DNA of 63,893 bases, counting the filler, from Candidatus Desantisbacteria bacterium CG1_02_49_89 (GTDB lineage: Bacteria > Desantisbacteria > UBA1551), in NCBI GenBank assembly GCA_001871075.1. It is 3 parts of 3 records of this genome, joined end to end, with 100 filler letters (N's around TTAATTAATTAA, not from the genome) between each part and the next. Parts side by side here need not be neighbours in the genome. Positions count along the whole stretch, not along the records: positions 1 to 31,488 come from MNUP01000040.1; 2 more parts are not named here. The stretch is one strand, 5' to 3'. How positions within the stretch are numbered: the first letter of the stretch is position 1; every line of letters starts with the position of its first letter. Made by a program: the position numbers and the translations under genes. This document shows positions 1 through 11,400 of the stretch, piece after piece. A model generated the notes under the pieces. The model was not told the DNA's origin. It saw only the letters and a list, made by a program, of their open reading frames with translations, and did no database searches.

Positions 1-130
1 AACGAACGAAGTGAGTGTGGCAATCTCGTCGTTAAAACCGAGATTGCTTCGTCGTTTCACTCCTCGCAACGACAAATTACTTAATGCGTTTGTATTAGAC
101 TACAAAATCTTACCAGGAAGTATAAGAAAT

Positions 131-1051
131 ATGACGCAAGTTGAAGTTATGAATTTAAGGAAAACCCATAATTTTATCTATTATTTCACAGGCCTTTTTT
201 TCCTGTTCCTCAGCAAATTGAAGAATTTAATGCAGGGTTACAGGAGCCCGCGCCCGTTCGGCATCCTTGATTTTAAAAAAGCAATTGAATACGATTTCAG
301 GGTTGTTGATGGCTGGCTGCATTTTTTGAAAGAATATTCCGGCGATGATTCCCTGAAAGGAAAAACGATCCTGGAGCTGGGGCCCGGCGCGGACCTGGGC
401 GTGGGCATCATAACACTTATGAAAGGCGCGGAAAAATATAATGCGATAGACGTAAATGATCTGGTAAAATTTGTGCCCGATGAATTTTACCGGGAATTAT
501 TCGGGTATATAGATAAAATTAACGGAATAAAGCCGGACATAGATTTTTTAAGAACACAGCTTGAATTGGCGTGTGGCGGCAAAACCGGTAAACTGAATTA
601 TCTATGCCGCAGCGATTTTGACATATCTGTTTTCAGCGGAGAACAAATAGACCTGGTTTTAAGCCAGGCTGCGTTTGAGCATTTCGACGATATTGAAAAG
701 ACCATAATGCAGCTCAGCGCGGTTGCAAAGCCGGGAACAATGCTGATAGCTGAGATTGACCTGAAAACGCATTCCAGGTGGATACGCGATGCCGACCCGC
801 TTAACATATACAGGTACCCTGATTTTATATATAATATTTTTAAATTTAGGAGTTCGCCTAACAGGGTCAGGCAGTTTGAATATGAAAAGATATTGAAAAA
901 ATTTAAATGGGTCAACATAAAAATATTTCCTATTATTGTCCTTGACAATAAATACTTATTGGCTGTGCGGGATTTTTTGAGCAAGCGTTTCAGGGGCGGG
1001 GATAGCCGGATGGAAGAGCTTACTGTTGTTTTGTGCGCAACAAAAGAATGA
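131..1051 (+). CDS. Class I SAM-dependent methyltransferase
   Basis: ILELGPGADLG motif I and DLVLSQAAFEH motif. Start placed at ATG 131 (149 also possible) because bases 1-75 are a palindromic repeat. Confidence 0.8.
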   Translation: MTQVEVMNLRKTHNFIYYFTGLFFLFLSKLKNLMQGYRSPRPFGILDFKKAIEYDFRVVDGWLHFLKEYSGDDSLKGKTILELGPGADLGVGIITLMKGAEKYNAIDVNDLVKFVPDEFYRELFGYIDKINGIKPDIDFLRTQLELACGGKTGKLNYLCRSDFDISVFSGEQIDLVLSQAAFEHFDDIEKTIMQLSAVAKPGTMLIAEIDLKTHSRWIRDADPLNIYRYPDFIYNIFKFRSSPNRVRQFEYEKILKKFKWVNIKIFPIIVLDNKYLLAVRDFLSKRFRGGDSRMEELTVVLCATKE

Positions 1052-1198
1052 GCGCAGAGATCTATAAAAAGGAACGCAGCCAAAAGACTATGGAATTACG
1101 GAAAGACAAGTATGGCCGGGGCGCGGCATCGGAAAAGACCCTGGATATTTTTTCAGGCCTTGCCGTAAACCAAAGATAATATGAAGATGGAGTAAATT

Positions 1199-2575
1199 AT
1201 GTGGCGGAGAAACTGGGTTTACTGGATGGCGGTGGACGGGTGCATAATACTGGCGTCTTTCCTGTTTTTTTATTGGCTAAGGTTTTATACGCCGCTGAGC
1301 TATTTATTCAAGTTTAGGGGATATCCGGGTTTTTTAATTTACCTGAAGGGCGGTGTAGTCACTGCCATGGTATGGTTGTTTTTCTTCAAGGCGCTGGGCG
1401 TGTACAGCGAAAAAAGCTTCCGTTCTTTTGTGAGCGATTTGCAGGTGATAATGGAAGGTTCCTTCTTCGGCATGCTTTTTATGGCGGGATTAATTGTTTT
1501 GCTAAGGCAGTTTTCATATTCAAGGACGGTGGCATTATACGGGGGGATACTTGCTTTCTTTCTGCTTTCATTACACCGTAAAATACAATATAATTTTGAA
1601 ATAAATTCTTCAAGCGGCGAAAGCCTTAAAAGGGTTATCATAGTCGGGTGCGGGAAAAACGGGGAAATAGTCCTTAAAAGGCTTAAAAGAAGTTCGGAAA
1701 AAGGGTTTATCCTCGTAGGTTTTTTGAGCACCGACCCCAAAATGGCGGGAAAGGAAATTAACGGCGTCAAAATTATCGGGGATCTGGGCGGCCTTGCCGG
1801 GTTTGTAAAGTATATGGAGAACCCGAAAGTCATAATCACCTTAGGTTATGACGAGTGGGACAAAATGAAAGATGCCGTGAGCCTTTGCCGCGAAAACAAG
1901 GTGAATTTCCTGATAATGCCTGACCTGCAGGAACCTCTTTTCGGCGGAACAAGGATTGAGATGATACACGGCCTGCCGCTGATAGGCATGAAAGAAAGCC
2001 AGCTGAAAAAGTCCGGGTACAGGTTCATTAAAAGGTGCGGCGACCTATTCCTTGGCGTTCTGATAGTCCTGATCCTTTCCCCGCTTCTGCTGTATATAAT
2101 CATAGCCATCAAGCTGACATCGCCGGGCCCGGTTTTTTTCAGGCAGAAAAGGATCGGCTTCAGGAGCAGGCCTTTTTCCATCATCAAATTCAGGACGATG
2201 CGCGCTGAGGAAGGCGGCTCTGCCTGGACTGACATAGACGACGCGCGGTGCACTGATTTCGGGAAATGGCTGAGGCGGCGTAATTTTGACGAGCTTCCCC
2301 AGTTGTTCAACGTCCTTAAGGGCGATATGAGCCTGATAGGGCCCAGGCCGCTCGCGGTTGATGACGTGGAATTCCAGAGTGTCTCTTTTTTCAATGACCG
2401 CCACGAGGTAAAACCGGGAATGACCGGCTGGGCGCAGATAAACGGATTAAGGGGAGGGCATGTGGAGCCTGAGGAGCGCATCCGTTACGACCTTTACTAC
2501 ATAGACAACTGGTCTATATGGCTTGACCTGACGATCCTGCTTATGACGCCGTTCTCTCTGGTGAATGCTTTTTAG
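1199..2575 (+). CDS. Undecaprenyl-phosphate sugar phosphotransferase (WcaJ/WbaP family priming glycosyltransferase)
   Basis: N-terminal TM helices, IIVGCG CoA-binding-like domain, KFRTM, DELPQLFNVLKGDMSLIGPRP, KPGMTGWAQING, DLYYIDNWS. Confidence 0.93.
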   Translation: MWRRNWVYWMAVDGCIILASFLFFYWLRFYTPLSYLFKFRGYPGFLIYLKGGVVTAMVWLFFFKALGVYSEKSFRSFVSDLQVIMEGSFFGMLFMAGLIVLLRQFSYSRTVALYGGILAFFLLSLHRKIQYNFEINSSSGESLKRVIIVGCGKNGEIVLKRLKRSSEKGFILVGFLSTDPKMAGKEINGVKIIGDLGGLAGFVKYMENPKVIITLGYDEWDKMKDAVSLCRENKVNFLIMPDLQEPLFGGTRIEMIHGLPLIGMKESQLKKSGYRFIKRCGDLFLGVLIVLILSPLLLYIIIAIKLTSPGPVFFRQKRIGFRSRPFSIIKFRTMRAEEGGSAWTDIDDARCTDFGKWLRRRNFDELPQLFNVLKGDMSLIGPRPLAVDDVEFQSVSFFNDRHEVKPGMTGWAQINGLRGGHVEPEERIRYDLYYIDNWSIWLDLTILLMTPFSLVNAF

Positions 2576-2843
2576 GTTGATATCCGTGGCTGAGACTTTT
2601 AAATCTCATTCGAAGATCCCTGTGAAGAATATTTTAAAGCCTTTTAAGTTCTCTCTAAAAAATTGTAACTCAGGGCTTTAGCCCTGATATCAGACCTCCC
2701 TCCTTAAAGATTGGCAGCTTGCCCGCCAGTCAGTTTGGCGGGGGTCTTCGAAAAGGTCTGAGTTACAAATTCTCAGTGAACTCAGTGGCAAAAGAAGTGG
2801 ATTGGTTTTAAAAAATGCAGGATTCCTGCAAAGGGGAGGTAGA

Positions 2844-3581
2844 ATGAAGAAAGTATTAGCAGCTGTATCATTATTGTTCTGGGCGGGATGCGCGTCAGCG
2901 ATAACCTTTGTGGAGCCCGGGCTTTACACGACCGACCTGTTCGCTGAAAGGCCGTATCTTACTGAAAAGGCCATGGTCCTTGATCAGGGAAAGTTTGAGG
3001 TGCAGGGGGGGTACGCCGCGTTCCTGACCCGGTCAAACACGATGACGCAGAGCGTGCGCATACACCTTAACTACGGCGTGACAAAGGACATGACCCTGGG
3101 TATCTGTTTTCCATTCGGGGGAGACGTGCCAGGCGTAAACAACTCGCAGTTGGGCATAAAATATTCGTTCAACCCGCTGTTGTCAACCATGTTCCCAAAC
3201 AAGGACCTGATGGACGTGTCGTTTAGCTATTCCTGCGCGCTGGGCAGCATGGGCTACTCGGTCAAGCTTATCATGGGCAAGGACTGGGGCAATTTCCGCC
3301 TGTATGGTAATCTCGGTTACCTGAAGCACGAAACCTCAAAAACCGGTATTATTTATGGCCTTGCCACGAATTTCCTGGTCGGAAGGAAATTGGATCTGGG
3401 CTGTGAAGTGATGGGAACCATTGAAAGAGATACAGGCGCAGTCGCCAATGTAAATGTCACGGCAGGCATGAAGTATTGGATCTCGGATTATGTTGCTATT
3501 GATCTGGGCGTAGGCACGTGTTTGACATCTGACCCCATGCTCTTCGCGACCACGGGTTTTTCCTGGATAATAGGACAATAA
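2844..3581 (+). CDS. Secreted, probable outer-membrane beta-barrel protein
   Basis: GGAGG RBS, signal peptide MKKVLAAVSLLFWAGCASA, alternating amphipathic strands, aromatic residues near the C-terminus. Confidence 0.55.
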   Translation: MKKVLAAVSLLFWAGCASAITFVEPGLYTTDLFAERPYLTEKAMVLDQGKFEVQGGYAAFLTRSNTMTQSVRIHLNYGVTKDMTLGICFPFGGDVPGVNNSQLGIKYSFNPLLSTMFPNKDLMDVSFSYSCALGSMGYSVKLIMGKDWGNFRLYGNLGYLKHETSKTGIIYGLATNFLVGRKLDLGCEVMGTIERDTGAVANVNVTAGMKYWISDYVAIDLGVGTCLTSDPMLFATTGFSWIIGQ

Positions 3582-3751
3582 GCAGCCAGTTTTTACAGTT
3601 TACAGAGTTTACAAAGTTTATGTAGTTTACAGAGTTAAATCCGTGGACATCCGTGGCTGAGCTTATTAAATCTCTTTAAATCCCTGTTAAAAGCTTTTAC
3701 AGGGATCTTGCGAACGGGATTTAAGATACCGTCGTGCGTCATGCGTCGAGC

Positions 3752-3872
3752 GTCTTACGTAAATACCGTCGTATGTCGTAGGTCATACGTTTAAAAGATT
3801 CATGCGCACGACGCAAGACGTACGACGTTCGACGTGAAACGCACGACGTACGACTTACGACGTAAGACGGAA
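3752..3872 (+). repeat. 121-bp heptamer-rich repeat, copy 1
   Basis: Identical by eye to the reverse complement of 30219-30339. Confidence 0.9.
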
Positions 3873-3883
3873 GCGAGTTTGAT

Positions 3884-4816
3884 ATGAAAGTCCTGGTGAC
3901 AGGCGGGGCGGGTTTTATCGGAAGCCATATCGCGGAGGAGCTGGCAAAGCGCGGCTTTGACGTGATAGTGCTGGATAATTTCGATACCGGGAACAGGGAA
4001 AACACAGCGCGCCTGCCCGGCAGAGTTGAAGTTATTGAGGGGGATGTAAGGGATCTTGCGGCAGTAAAAAAGGCGGCCCGCGGGGCCGGATGTGTTTTCC
4101 ACTTCGCGGCGATCGCTTCTGTCCAGCGCTCGATAACCGACCCTGTTGAAACCAACGGGGTGAACATAACCGGGACCCTCAACGTTCTTTTGGCTTCAAG
4201 GGATGAAGGCATAAAGCGCGTTGTGTTCGCTTCTTCGTGCGCGGTTTACGGAGACCCGGGGGAAGGCAAAAAAAAGGAAGATCTGGCCCCGGATCCGATG
4301 TCGCCTTACGCGGTTTCCAAACTGGCAGGCGAATATTACTGCAAAATTTTCCATTCGGTTTTCGGCCTGGAAACGGTCATATTGCGGTATTTCAACGTTT
4401 TTGGGCCCAGGCAAAGCCCTTTCTCGGATTATGCCGCCGCAATACCGAAGTTCATCTCGCTCATGCTTGAGGGCAGGCAGCCCGTGATATTCGGCGACGG
4501 AAAGCAGTCGCGGGATTTCGTGTTTATCAGGAACGTCGTGCAGGCAAACCTGCTGGCAATGAGCGCCCAGGGCGCGTTCGGGCGGGCGTATAATATAGGA
4601 TGCGGGATGAGCGTGGACATGAACAGGCTGGTTGAAAAGCTTAACGCGGTCATGGGCAAGGACCTTCGGCCTGTTTACACCGACCCCCGCCCGGGGGATA
4701 TAAGGCAGTCGCTTGCTGATATTTCAGACGCTGAAAAACTGCTGGGATACAGCCCGGAGATAAGCCTTGAAGAAGGATTAAAGGAAACGGTTGAATACTT
4801 CCTTAAAAAAAAGTAA
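3884..4816 (+). CDS. NAD-dependent nucleotide-sugar epimerase/dehydratase (extended SDR)
   Basis: VTGGAGFIGSH, YAVSK (YxxxK), LRYFNVFGPRQ, GDGKQSRDF. Confidence 0.93.
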   Translation: MKVLVTGGAGFIGSHIAEELAKRGFDVIVLDNFDTGNRENTARLPGRVEVIEGDVRDLAAVKKAARGAGCVFHFAAIASVQRSITDPVETNGVNITGTLNVLLASRDEGIKRVVFASSCAVYGDPGEGKKKEDLAPDPMSPYAVSKLAGEYYCKIFHSVFGLETVILRYFNVFGPRQSPFSDYAAAIPKFISLMLEGRQPVIFGDGKQSRDFVFIRNVVQANLLAMSAQGAFGRAYNIGCGMSVDMNRLVEKLNAVMGKDLRPVYTDPRPGDIRQSLADISDAEKLLGYSPEISLEEGLKETVEYFLKKK

Positions 4817-4903
4817 ACGACCCTAAAGGGTCTACTCCTTAAATAAAGGGGAGGTGTTCATTTAAAATAAAGATTGTTCAAAGCAAAAGATTGTTCAATT
4901 TAG

Positions 4904-4931
4904 TTGACTTTTCGTAAATAAAATATATAAT
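4904..4931 (+). promoter_or_regulatory. Sigma70-like promoter upstream of tRNA-Lys
   Basis: TTGACT-16 bp-TATAAT, preceded by two direct copies of AAAGATTGTTCAA (4869-4898). Confidence 0.55.
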
Positions 4932-4984
4932 ATGATAATGCTAACTAAAATTATGAATTATGGATCAACAGCAAGGATCTTGTT

Positions 4985-5037
4985 GTAACTCAGACCTTTA
5001 GGTCTGATGAATCATCAGGGCTGAAGCCCTGAGTTAC
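4985..5037. repeat. REP-like doublet GTAACTCAG-hairpin. Family also at 2665-2766, 18901, 24460-24541, 29449, 30404, 50614, 60715.
   Basis: GTAACTCAGACCTTTAGGTCTGA ... TCAGGGCTGAAGCCCTGAGTTAC inverted pair. Confidence 0.8.
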
Positions 5038-5235
5038 AGTTTATAACTTGTCACTTGATACTTGTTACTTGTCACTGTAGTTTATGGTGGGCCGTAAGAA
5101 CCTGTCCCGCCTTATCGGCGGGCCAGAACCTTGTTACTTGGCAACTAAACGTCGGGGGCGTGGCGTAATATGCTCAGCTTGAACTTTTGACCTTTGCATT
5201 TTGACTTTTGACCTTTGACTTGTTTTTAATGATAT

Positions 5236-5308
5236 GGGCCAGTAGCTCAGTTGGTAGAGCACCGCCCTTTTAAGGCGGGTGTCGAGCGTTCGAGCCGCTC
5301 CTGGCTCA
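5236..5308 (+). tRNA. tRNA-Lys (anticodon TTT), CCA not encoded
   Basis: Acceptor GGGCCAG/CTGGCTC, D arm GCTC/GAGC, anticodon stem CCGCC/GGCGG with loop CTTTTAA, T arm GAGCG-TTCGAGC-CGCTC. Confidence 0.95.
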
Positions 5309-5468
5309 TTTCTTCTTCACTTTAACACTTCAACGGCACTTGCTCCGAAGGAGTTCCTTCGGGACATCCCATCCGATCCCTTACCCCTTAATTTTAAAGC
5401 CAGCATCCACTAACCTGATCTCTTACTACAGACACGGATCCTTTTATTTATATAAGAGACTTAAATAT

Positions 5469-8400
5469 ATGAAAAAATCTCTCTCTTTCTTTATTCTTGG
5501 GCTTTTACTTGTCACTTGTGACTTGTTACTTGTTACTGTAGTTCGCGCCGGCGGCCCCGGTTTTGCTTCCTTATATAAGGACCCAAAATAACAGAGGATA
5601 CTTCAACACCGACGGAACAGACTACGCCACTGTCACCGTCATCGTGATCTCGGAAACAACCACTAAGATATCCGGCCAATACGTAACCATTTATACGAAC
5701 CGCGGAGCCGCGTTCGATACGGGCTCAGGCGCTTCAAAGGTTACGAATGCCAACGGCGCGGCTACTTTTACGATCAGGTCCACGACCCCGGGAGAGGCCA
5801 ATTTTTACGCGGTGTGCATGGGAGAGACCCTGTACCCGAACCTGCTCAACAACGCGTCCATGGAGAGCGCGGGGACAGGCAACACCTACGCTCTTTACTG
5901 GACAGGCGTTGGCGCTGCTATACCGCCGTATAACTATACGCGGACAAGCACTGTAAGGTATGAAGGCATATACTCGGTCAGGCACGAGTCAGGCCGCGCA
6001 GGCAATCCTTACCAGGACGTTTCTATCATAGAGCGCAGTTCTTTATATGAACTTTCCGCGTACCAGTACGGACCGCTCAGGCAGCCCTACCTGGACCTTA
6101 ATAACACAGGTTACGACAAGAACATATACGCAGCCACCCCGAATACCTGGTGCTATTCCTCGGATATCTGGTCCAGCACAACAAATACAACGGCGAGGGT
6201 AAGGTTCCAGGTTGACGGATCGCCCGCGAACCTTGACTGGTGGGATAATATCCGGTTCCAGAGGATCCCGACAGTCACATTCATGAGGATAGTTGAGTTT
6301 CCCATAGCGATAGAAGCAGAGCATGACGATGTCTGGCATCTGGGCGGTGTTTCCATAGTAAACCCATGGGTAAACGGGTCTATCAGCGGAGTATTCTGGA
6401 GATTTAATAATAACAACGACAGGGTCCTTCTTTACGGCAGGGTGCCCCAGGTATGGAATGAATTTGAAACACAGATATTCAAGGTTTCATTCAGGGCTTT
6501 CGGTTTAAACGGGGGGGCCTGGCCTATCGCCGGCGTCGCGGTGGACGACGCGAACACAAAGAACATAAGCGTTGAGACTTCCGCGGTGCAGGTTTTTTAT
6601 TCCGGGACCTTTACCCTGGGCGTCGGCCTGCACAAGGTCGCGATCGTGCTCACAAACGGCGCCGCTTCAGACCTGTTCATTGACTGGTTCGGCATAGGGC
6701 CTGTGAAGAGCGCGGCGGATTCTCCGGCGCTTTCCAGGGAGGAGATCAAGGTCAGGCAGGACGATACCTACGTGATACCGATGTGGGAGTTCGACGAAGC
6801 CGGGAACACGGAAGGATGGGAGGGCTATAACGGCGCGAGCGTCACGGGAGTTTCAGGCGGAAGCCTGAACCTTACCACCACGAACACAGAGCCGGTGCTT
6901 TTATCCCCGCGCGTATTTGTGGACCAGAACCAGAACAAATACGTTTCCTTCAAGATGAAGGTTGACAGGGGAACAAGCGGAAAACTGCAGTGGGTCAGGC
7001 AGGATATCCCGGGGCCTTTGGGAGAAATGAGCTTTGACATAGAGGCGGACGGCCAGTTCCACGTTTACAACATTGACCTGAGTTCCGGTTCCAATTACGC
7101 GTTCTGGGGAAATACCTGGAACTACTATTTGACAGGGTTCATGTTGTTGCCGACTAACGCGTCCGGAGCAAGCGTCCAGATCGACTGGATAAGGATTTCG
7201 AACGTAAAGCAGGGCGAGGCAGAGATCAATATCACGTATTTCGGGATCGAGGAAGGCGGCAGGGCGGGAGAAAGCATACCCCTGTGGCTGAAAGTTGAGA
7301 ACGCGGGCGGGGAAGCGGCTGAATACGTTGCCGCGACTTTGAGCCTGCCCCCGGGCCTGGTGATAGCGAACGGCGGAAATACCTTCGGGGTCATAACCCT
7401 TTACAATAACACGACATTCGCCTGCACTGTCATAAGCTCAACCGCGATGTCCAGCACAGCGTACGTGACCGTGAGCGGGCGGAACTTCCTTTCCGAGACC
7501 GCTTCCTGTTCGATAACCATAACCGCAAAGCTGGCGTCAGACACCGACTACCCTCCTGTGCCCGAAACCGTGACCACCCCTTACGATGTCGGGGTTTATT
7601 ACTTCCCCGGATGGAAGCAGGGAGAGCACTGGGGCTGGGACGTGATAAGGCCCGAGTACCCGCAGAGAAAGCCGCTCCTGGGATGGTATAACGAGGGAGA
7701 ACCGCCCATCGCTGACTGGCATATTAAGTGGATGGCTGAGCACGGGGTGAAGTTCATTATCTACGACTGGTACATGTGGACTGACTATAATGTCGGCCTT
7801 GAACACGCGCTCAACGCCTACCTTGATTCCAGATACAGGTCCTATATCAAGTTTTGCCTGCTCTGGGCGAACCATTTTGCCGGCCACACGCGCGACCTGA
7901 TACTTTACACCACGCAGTACTGGATCGACCACTATTTCAACCAGCCCGAGCATTACACGATAGACAACAAGCCTGTGGTAATAATTTTCTCTCCTTTTCA
8001 GTTCAGCGAAGACCTTGGAAGCTACGCGGCTGTCGCAAGCGTGTTCGCCGAGATGAGGCAGATGTGCGTTGACGCGGGGTACGCGGGCCTTTATCTGATC
8101 GCCGGCAACGGCACCAGCCAGTCAGAGATCCAGGCGATCCAGACCATGGGTTATGACGCGTGCACCGGTTACAATTATGCCGGGTCAGGCATGAGCCCCG
8201 AGGAAGCAGTTCTGAACAGGTCCCCGTATTACAAGTGCATAAACGGGCACCGCGCGATCTGGGAGGCGATACAGGGATACGGATACCTTCCGTACATTGC
8301 GCTGACAGAGCCCGGGTGGGATAACGGCCCATGGGCCGGTTCTGCCGCTCTCGTGCGGACCAACAGGAACAAGGCTGATTACAAGTCCATGCTCATAAAT

Positions 8401-11400
8401 TCCAAAGCGTTCGCTGACAGCTACCCTATCCTCGGCAAAAAGATAGTCATATCCGAGTGCTGGAACGAGTTCGGGGAGGGCGCGGTTGTCGAGCCCTGCG
8501 TGGAATTCGGCTTCGACATGCTGGACGCGATCAGGGAAGTTTTTGTGGATACCAACCCGCACACGGACCTGGTTCCGGCTGACATAGGCCAGTCCGTGCC
8601 CCAGTGGTTCTTCAGCTACGGGGACGGCCCGTGGTACTCGGCGATGAGAAGGGCAGCGGTCCGGCTTTCCAGCGCCGCGGCAGGTGATCTGCCTGTTACG
8701 GATACGATAACTTTCACGACTTCGCGGTCTGACACGGTAACAAGACTGACGCTTTTTTACCCGAAAGGCTGCGTGCTTACAGGCGCAAGCCTTGTTTCAG
8801 TGAAGATCGACGCTATTACCGCGGGCACGATCTCGGTAAGCACTGAGACCATAACGTTCATCGCTTCAGCGCCTGATTCGGTAAGCGCCGGGACCGGGTG
8901 CACTATTGTTATTTCCGGACTGCAGAACCCCATTAAAACAGGAGGGTATGAAGTTGTGGTTACCACTTATGATTCGAAGGCCCAGCCGGTTGACGGCTTC
9001 ACTCCCGCGACATTCACGATAACAGCCGCTCCGTTCTCTCCAAGCTCTTCCTGGCTTTTCCTTTCAAGGTCGGTTTCGGCTGACAGGACGGCTAAATGCA
9101 CGATAACCGTTGTAGTGACAGACCAGTTCAGGAACCCGATCCCCGGTAAAACCGTCCTGATAACTTCAAGCAGGGGAGCGGGTATTGATACCATAACCCA
9201 GCCTTTGTCCGTAACCGACGCAAGCGGCATGTGCACGGGTTATCTGGTTTCTTCACAGCCCGGGAAGGACACAGTAACAGCGTCCGTTAACGGGGAGATG
9301 GGCACAATACAGAACGTTGTTTTCAGGGACATATCTTTCGGCATCTGGGATTTTGAGGACACGAAAAATTATACGGCCTATGATTATTCCCAGAGCCACA
9401 ACAACGGCATTATATACGGCAACACCGCGGAAACCATCGGTTACCGGGGCGCCGCGAAATATTTTGACGGGAACGCGGACTATATAACAGTTCCTGACAA
9501 CGATTCCCTGGACCCGTTCGAGGAAATAACGGTTGAGCTGTGGTATATGACCGGCGTTACCCAGACCGACAAGTGGATGTTTAACAAGGTGCCAGGCTCA
9601 GGCAATATGGGATACAGGCTCGGGATCTCAAGCGCAAACGTCGGATGGCAGGTTGCGGGCGCATCCGCCTGGAGCTATCACCTTTACGATCCGTCTCCGG
9701 CTCCGCTGAACGCCTGGACGCATGTTGCAGCGACCTATGAAGGCAATACAATGCTGCTCTACGTGAACGGCGTAAAGGTCAGTTCGCTTTCAAGGCCTGA
9801 ATACGGGATATATCCGTCCAGCATTCCTTTATACCTGGGAACATGGGCGCCGGGTAACGCATTCTACACAGGATGCCTTGACGAAATAAGGTTCTACAAC
9901 AAGGCGCTGACAGCCGACGAGATACTGCTCAGCTATCAGGGAAAGGCAAAACCGGTCATTTTCACCGGCGTTGAATCAAAGATAAAGATAACATCCCCGC
10001 CCAGGTCGGTGAAGCAGGGCAATATTTCGGATGTAATACTGTTCGAGGTCCAGGACAACATAGGGCAGAAGGTGAGTTATTTTACCAATACCGTCACACT
10101 CTCCGTTTCCTCGTCCACCGGAAGGTTCTCCCAGGACGGTTCAAGCTGGAGTTCCTCGAATACTTCGGTCATCTACGCGAATGAAGGTTCCGGGTATTTC
10201 TACTTCCGGGACACAAGCGCGGGCAGCCCCGCTGTCACGGTCTCAAGGTCCGGGCTTTCGCCCGACACGCAGGTTGAAAGCGTCAGCGCCGCATCAGTTT
10301 CAGAGACCCTGTCCTTCCTCAGGCTTAACGATGCAAAGATACCTGCCAACGGCACAACGGTCAGCACTATAACGATCTATGTAAAGGACATAGCGGGGTC
10401 CGCGTTATACGGAAGGCAGGTCACGGTTTACACAAGCCGCGGCCCTGTTATTGACACGGTAACACAGCCGTCCCTGACCAATGCGTCAGGCATATGCTAT
10501 GCGGCGATAAGATCGTCAACCGCAGGCCAGGATACGATAACCGCGAGATGCGAAGGCGTGACTATTACTGAAAATATCCTTAACAACCCGTCTTTTGAGG
10601 ACGGGACATCGGCACCAAGCAGCTGGGCGCTGAACATTTTATCAGGCGCATCGTGGGGATGGGACACAACAACGGTTTACAGCGGCGCGAGGAGCGTGCG
10701 CATTTCCGAGACTGCTACAGCCCAGGACAATTACGCGGAGGCAAACTGGGCCGGAACAACATACAACAACAGGTGGGACATAGACCCCGGATCTTCGTTC
10801 ACCGTGTCGCAATACCTGAGAACAGACCTGGCCTCGGATTACGCAGGCATGCGGATCGTATGGTGGAACGGGGGGACATACGCGGGCGAGGTGAACGCCG
10901 ACACCAGGACAGGGGTAAATCCCTGGACCCTGCTGCAAAAAACAGTTACCGCGCCCTCGAACGCGAACGGGCTGATGTTCCGCTGCGACAACAAAGGGGT
11001 GGGCACTGCGTGGTTTGACGCGGTCCGGGTTAAAAGGACCCCGACCATGGAATTTCTTGCCGCCGAGAAACTCGCAATAATCACTCCGGTCCGCGCGACC
11101 ATCGCCAATTCGGCTTCCGAGTCGATCTGCATCCAGGCGCAGTGGGGCACAGGGACAAAAGCGGGTTCATACAGCGGGTTCTGCGCTCTTTCTTCCTCGT
11201 CAGGCCTGGGGAAATTCAGCGTTTCAAAATACGCGCCCGCGAACAGCTGGACTTCCGCGATCACGGTAAAGATAATAAGCGGAGAGACCTTTGTGTACTA
11301 CAGGGACACGCTTAAAGGTTCGCCCGCGATATACGTTACGAGCACGGAGCTTTCAGGCACAAACCAGCCCGGCCATTCCGTAGGCGTCGGTCCGTTCTCG

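Noticed and set aside
11-130. N-terminal extensions of ORFs 11, 2802, 19889, 24610 and 56972
   Set aside because: They read through repeat or intergenic sequence. Downstream ATGs, most with a clear RBS, fit better.
3730-3872. Possible CRISPR array in the periodic intergenic sequences
   Set aside because: Units are 7-9 bp and degenerate, with no constant repeat plus unique spacer pattern and no cas genes.
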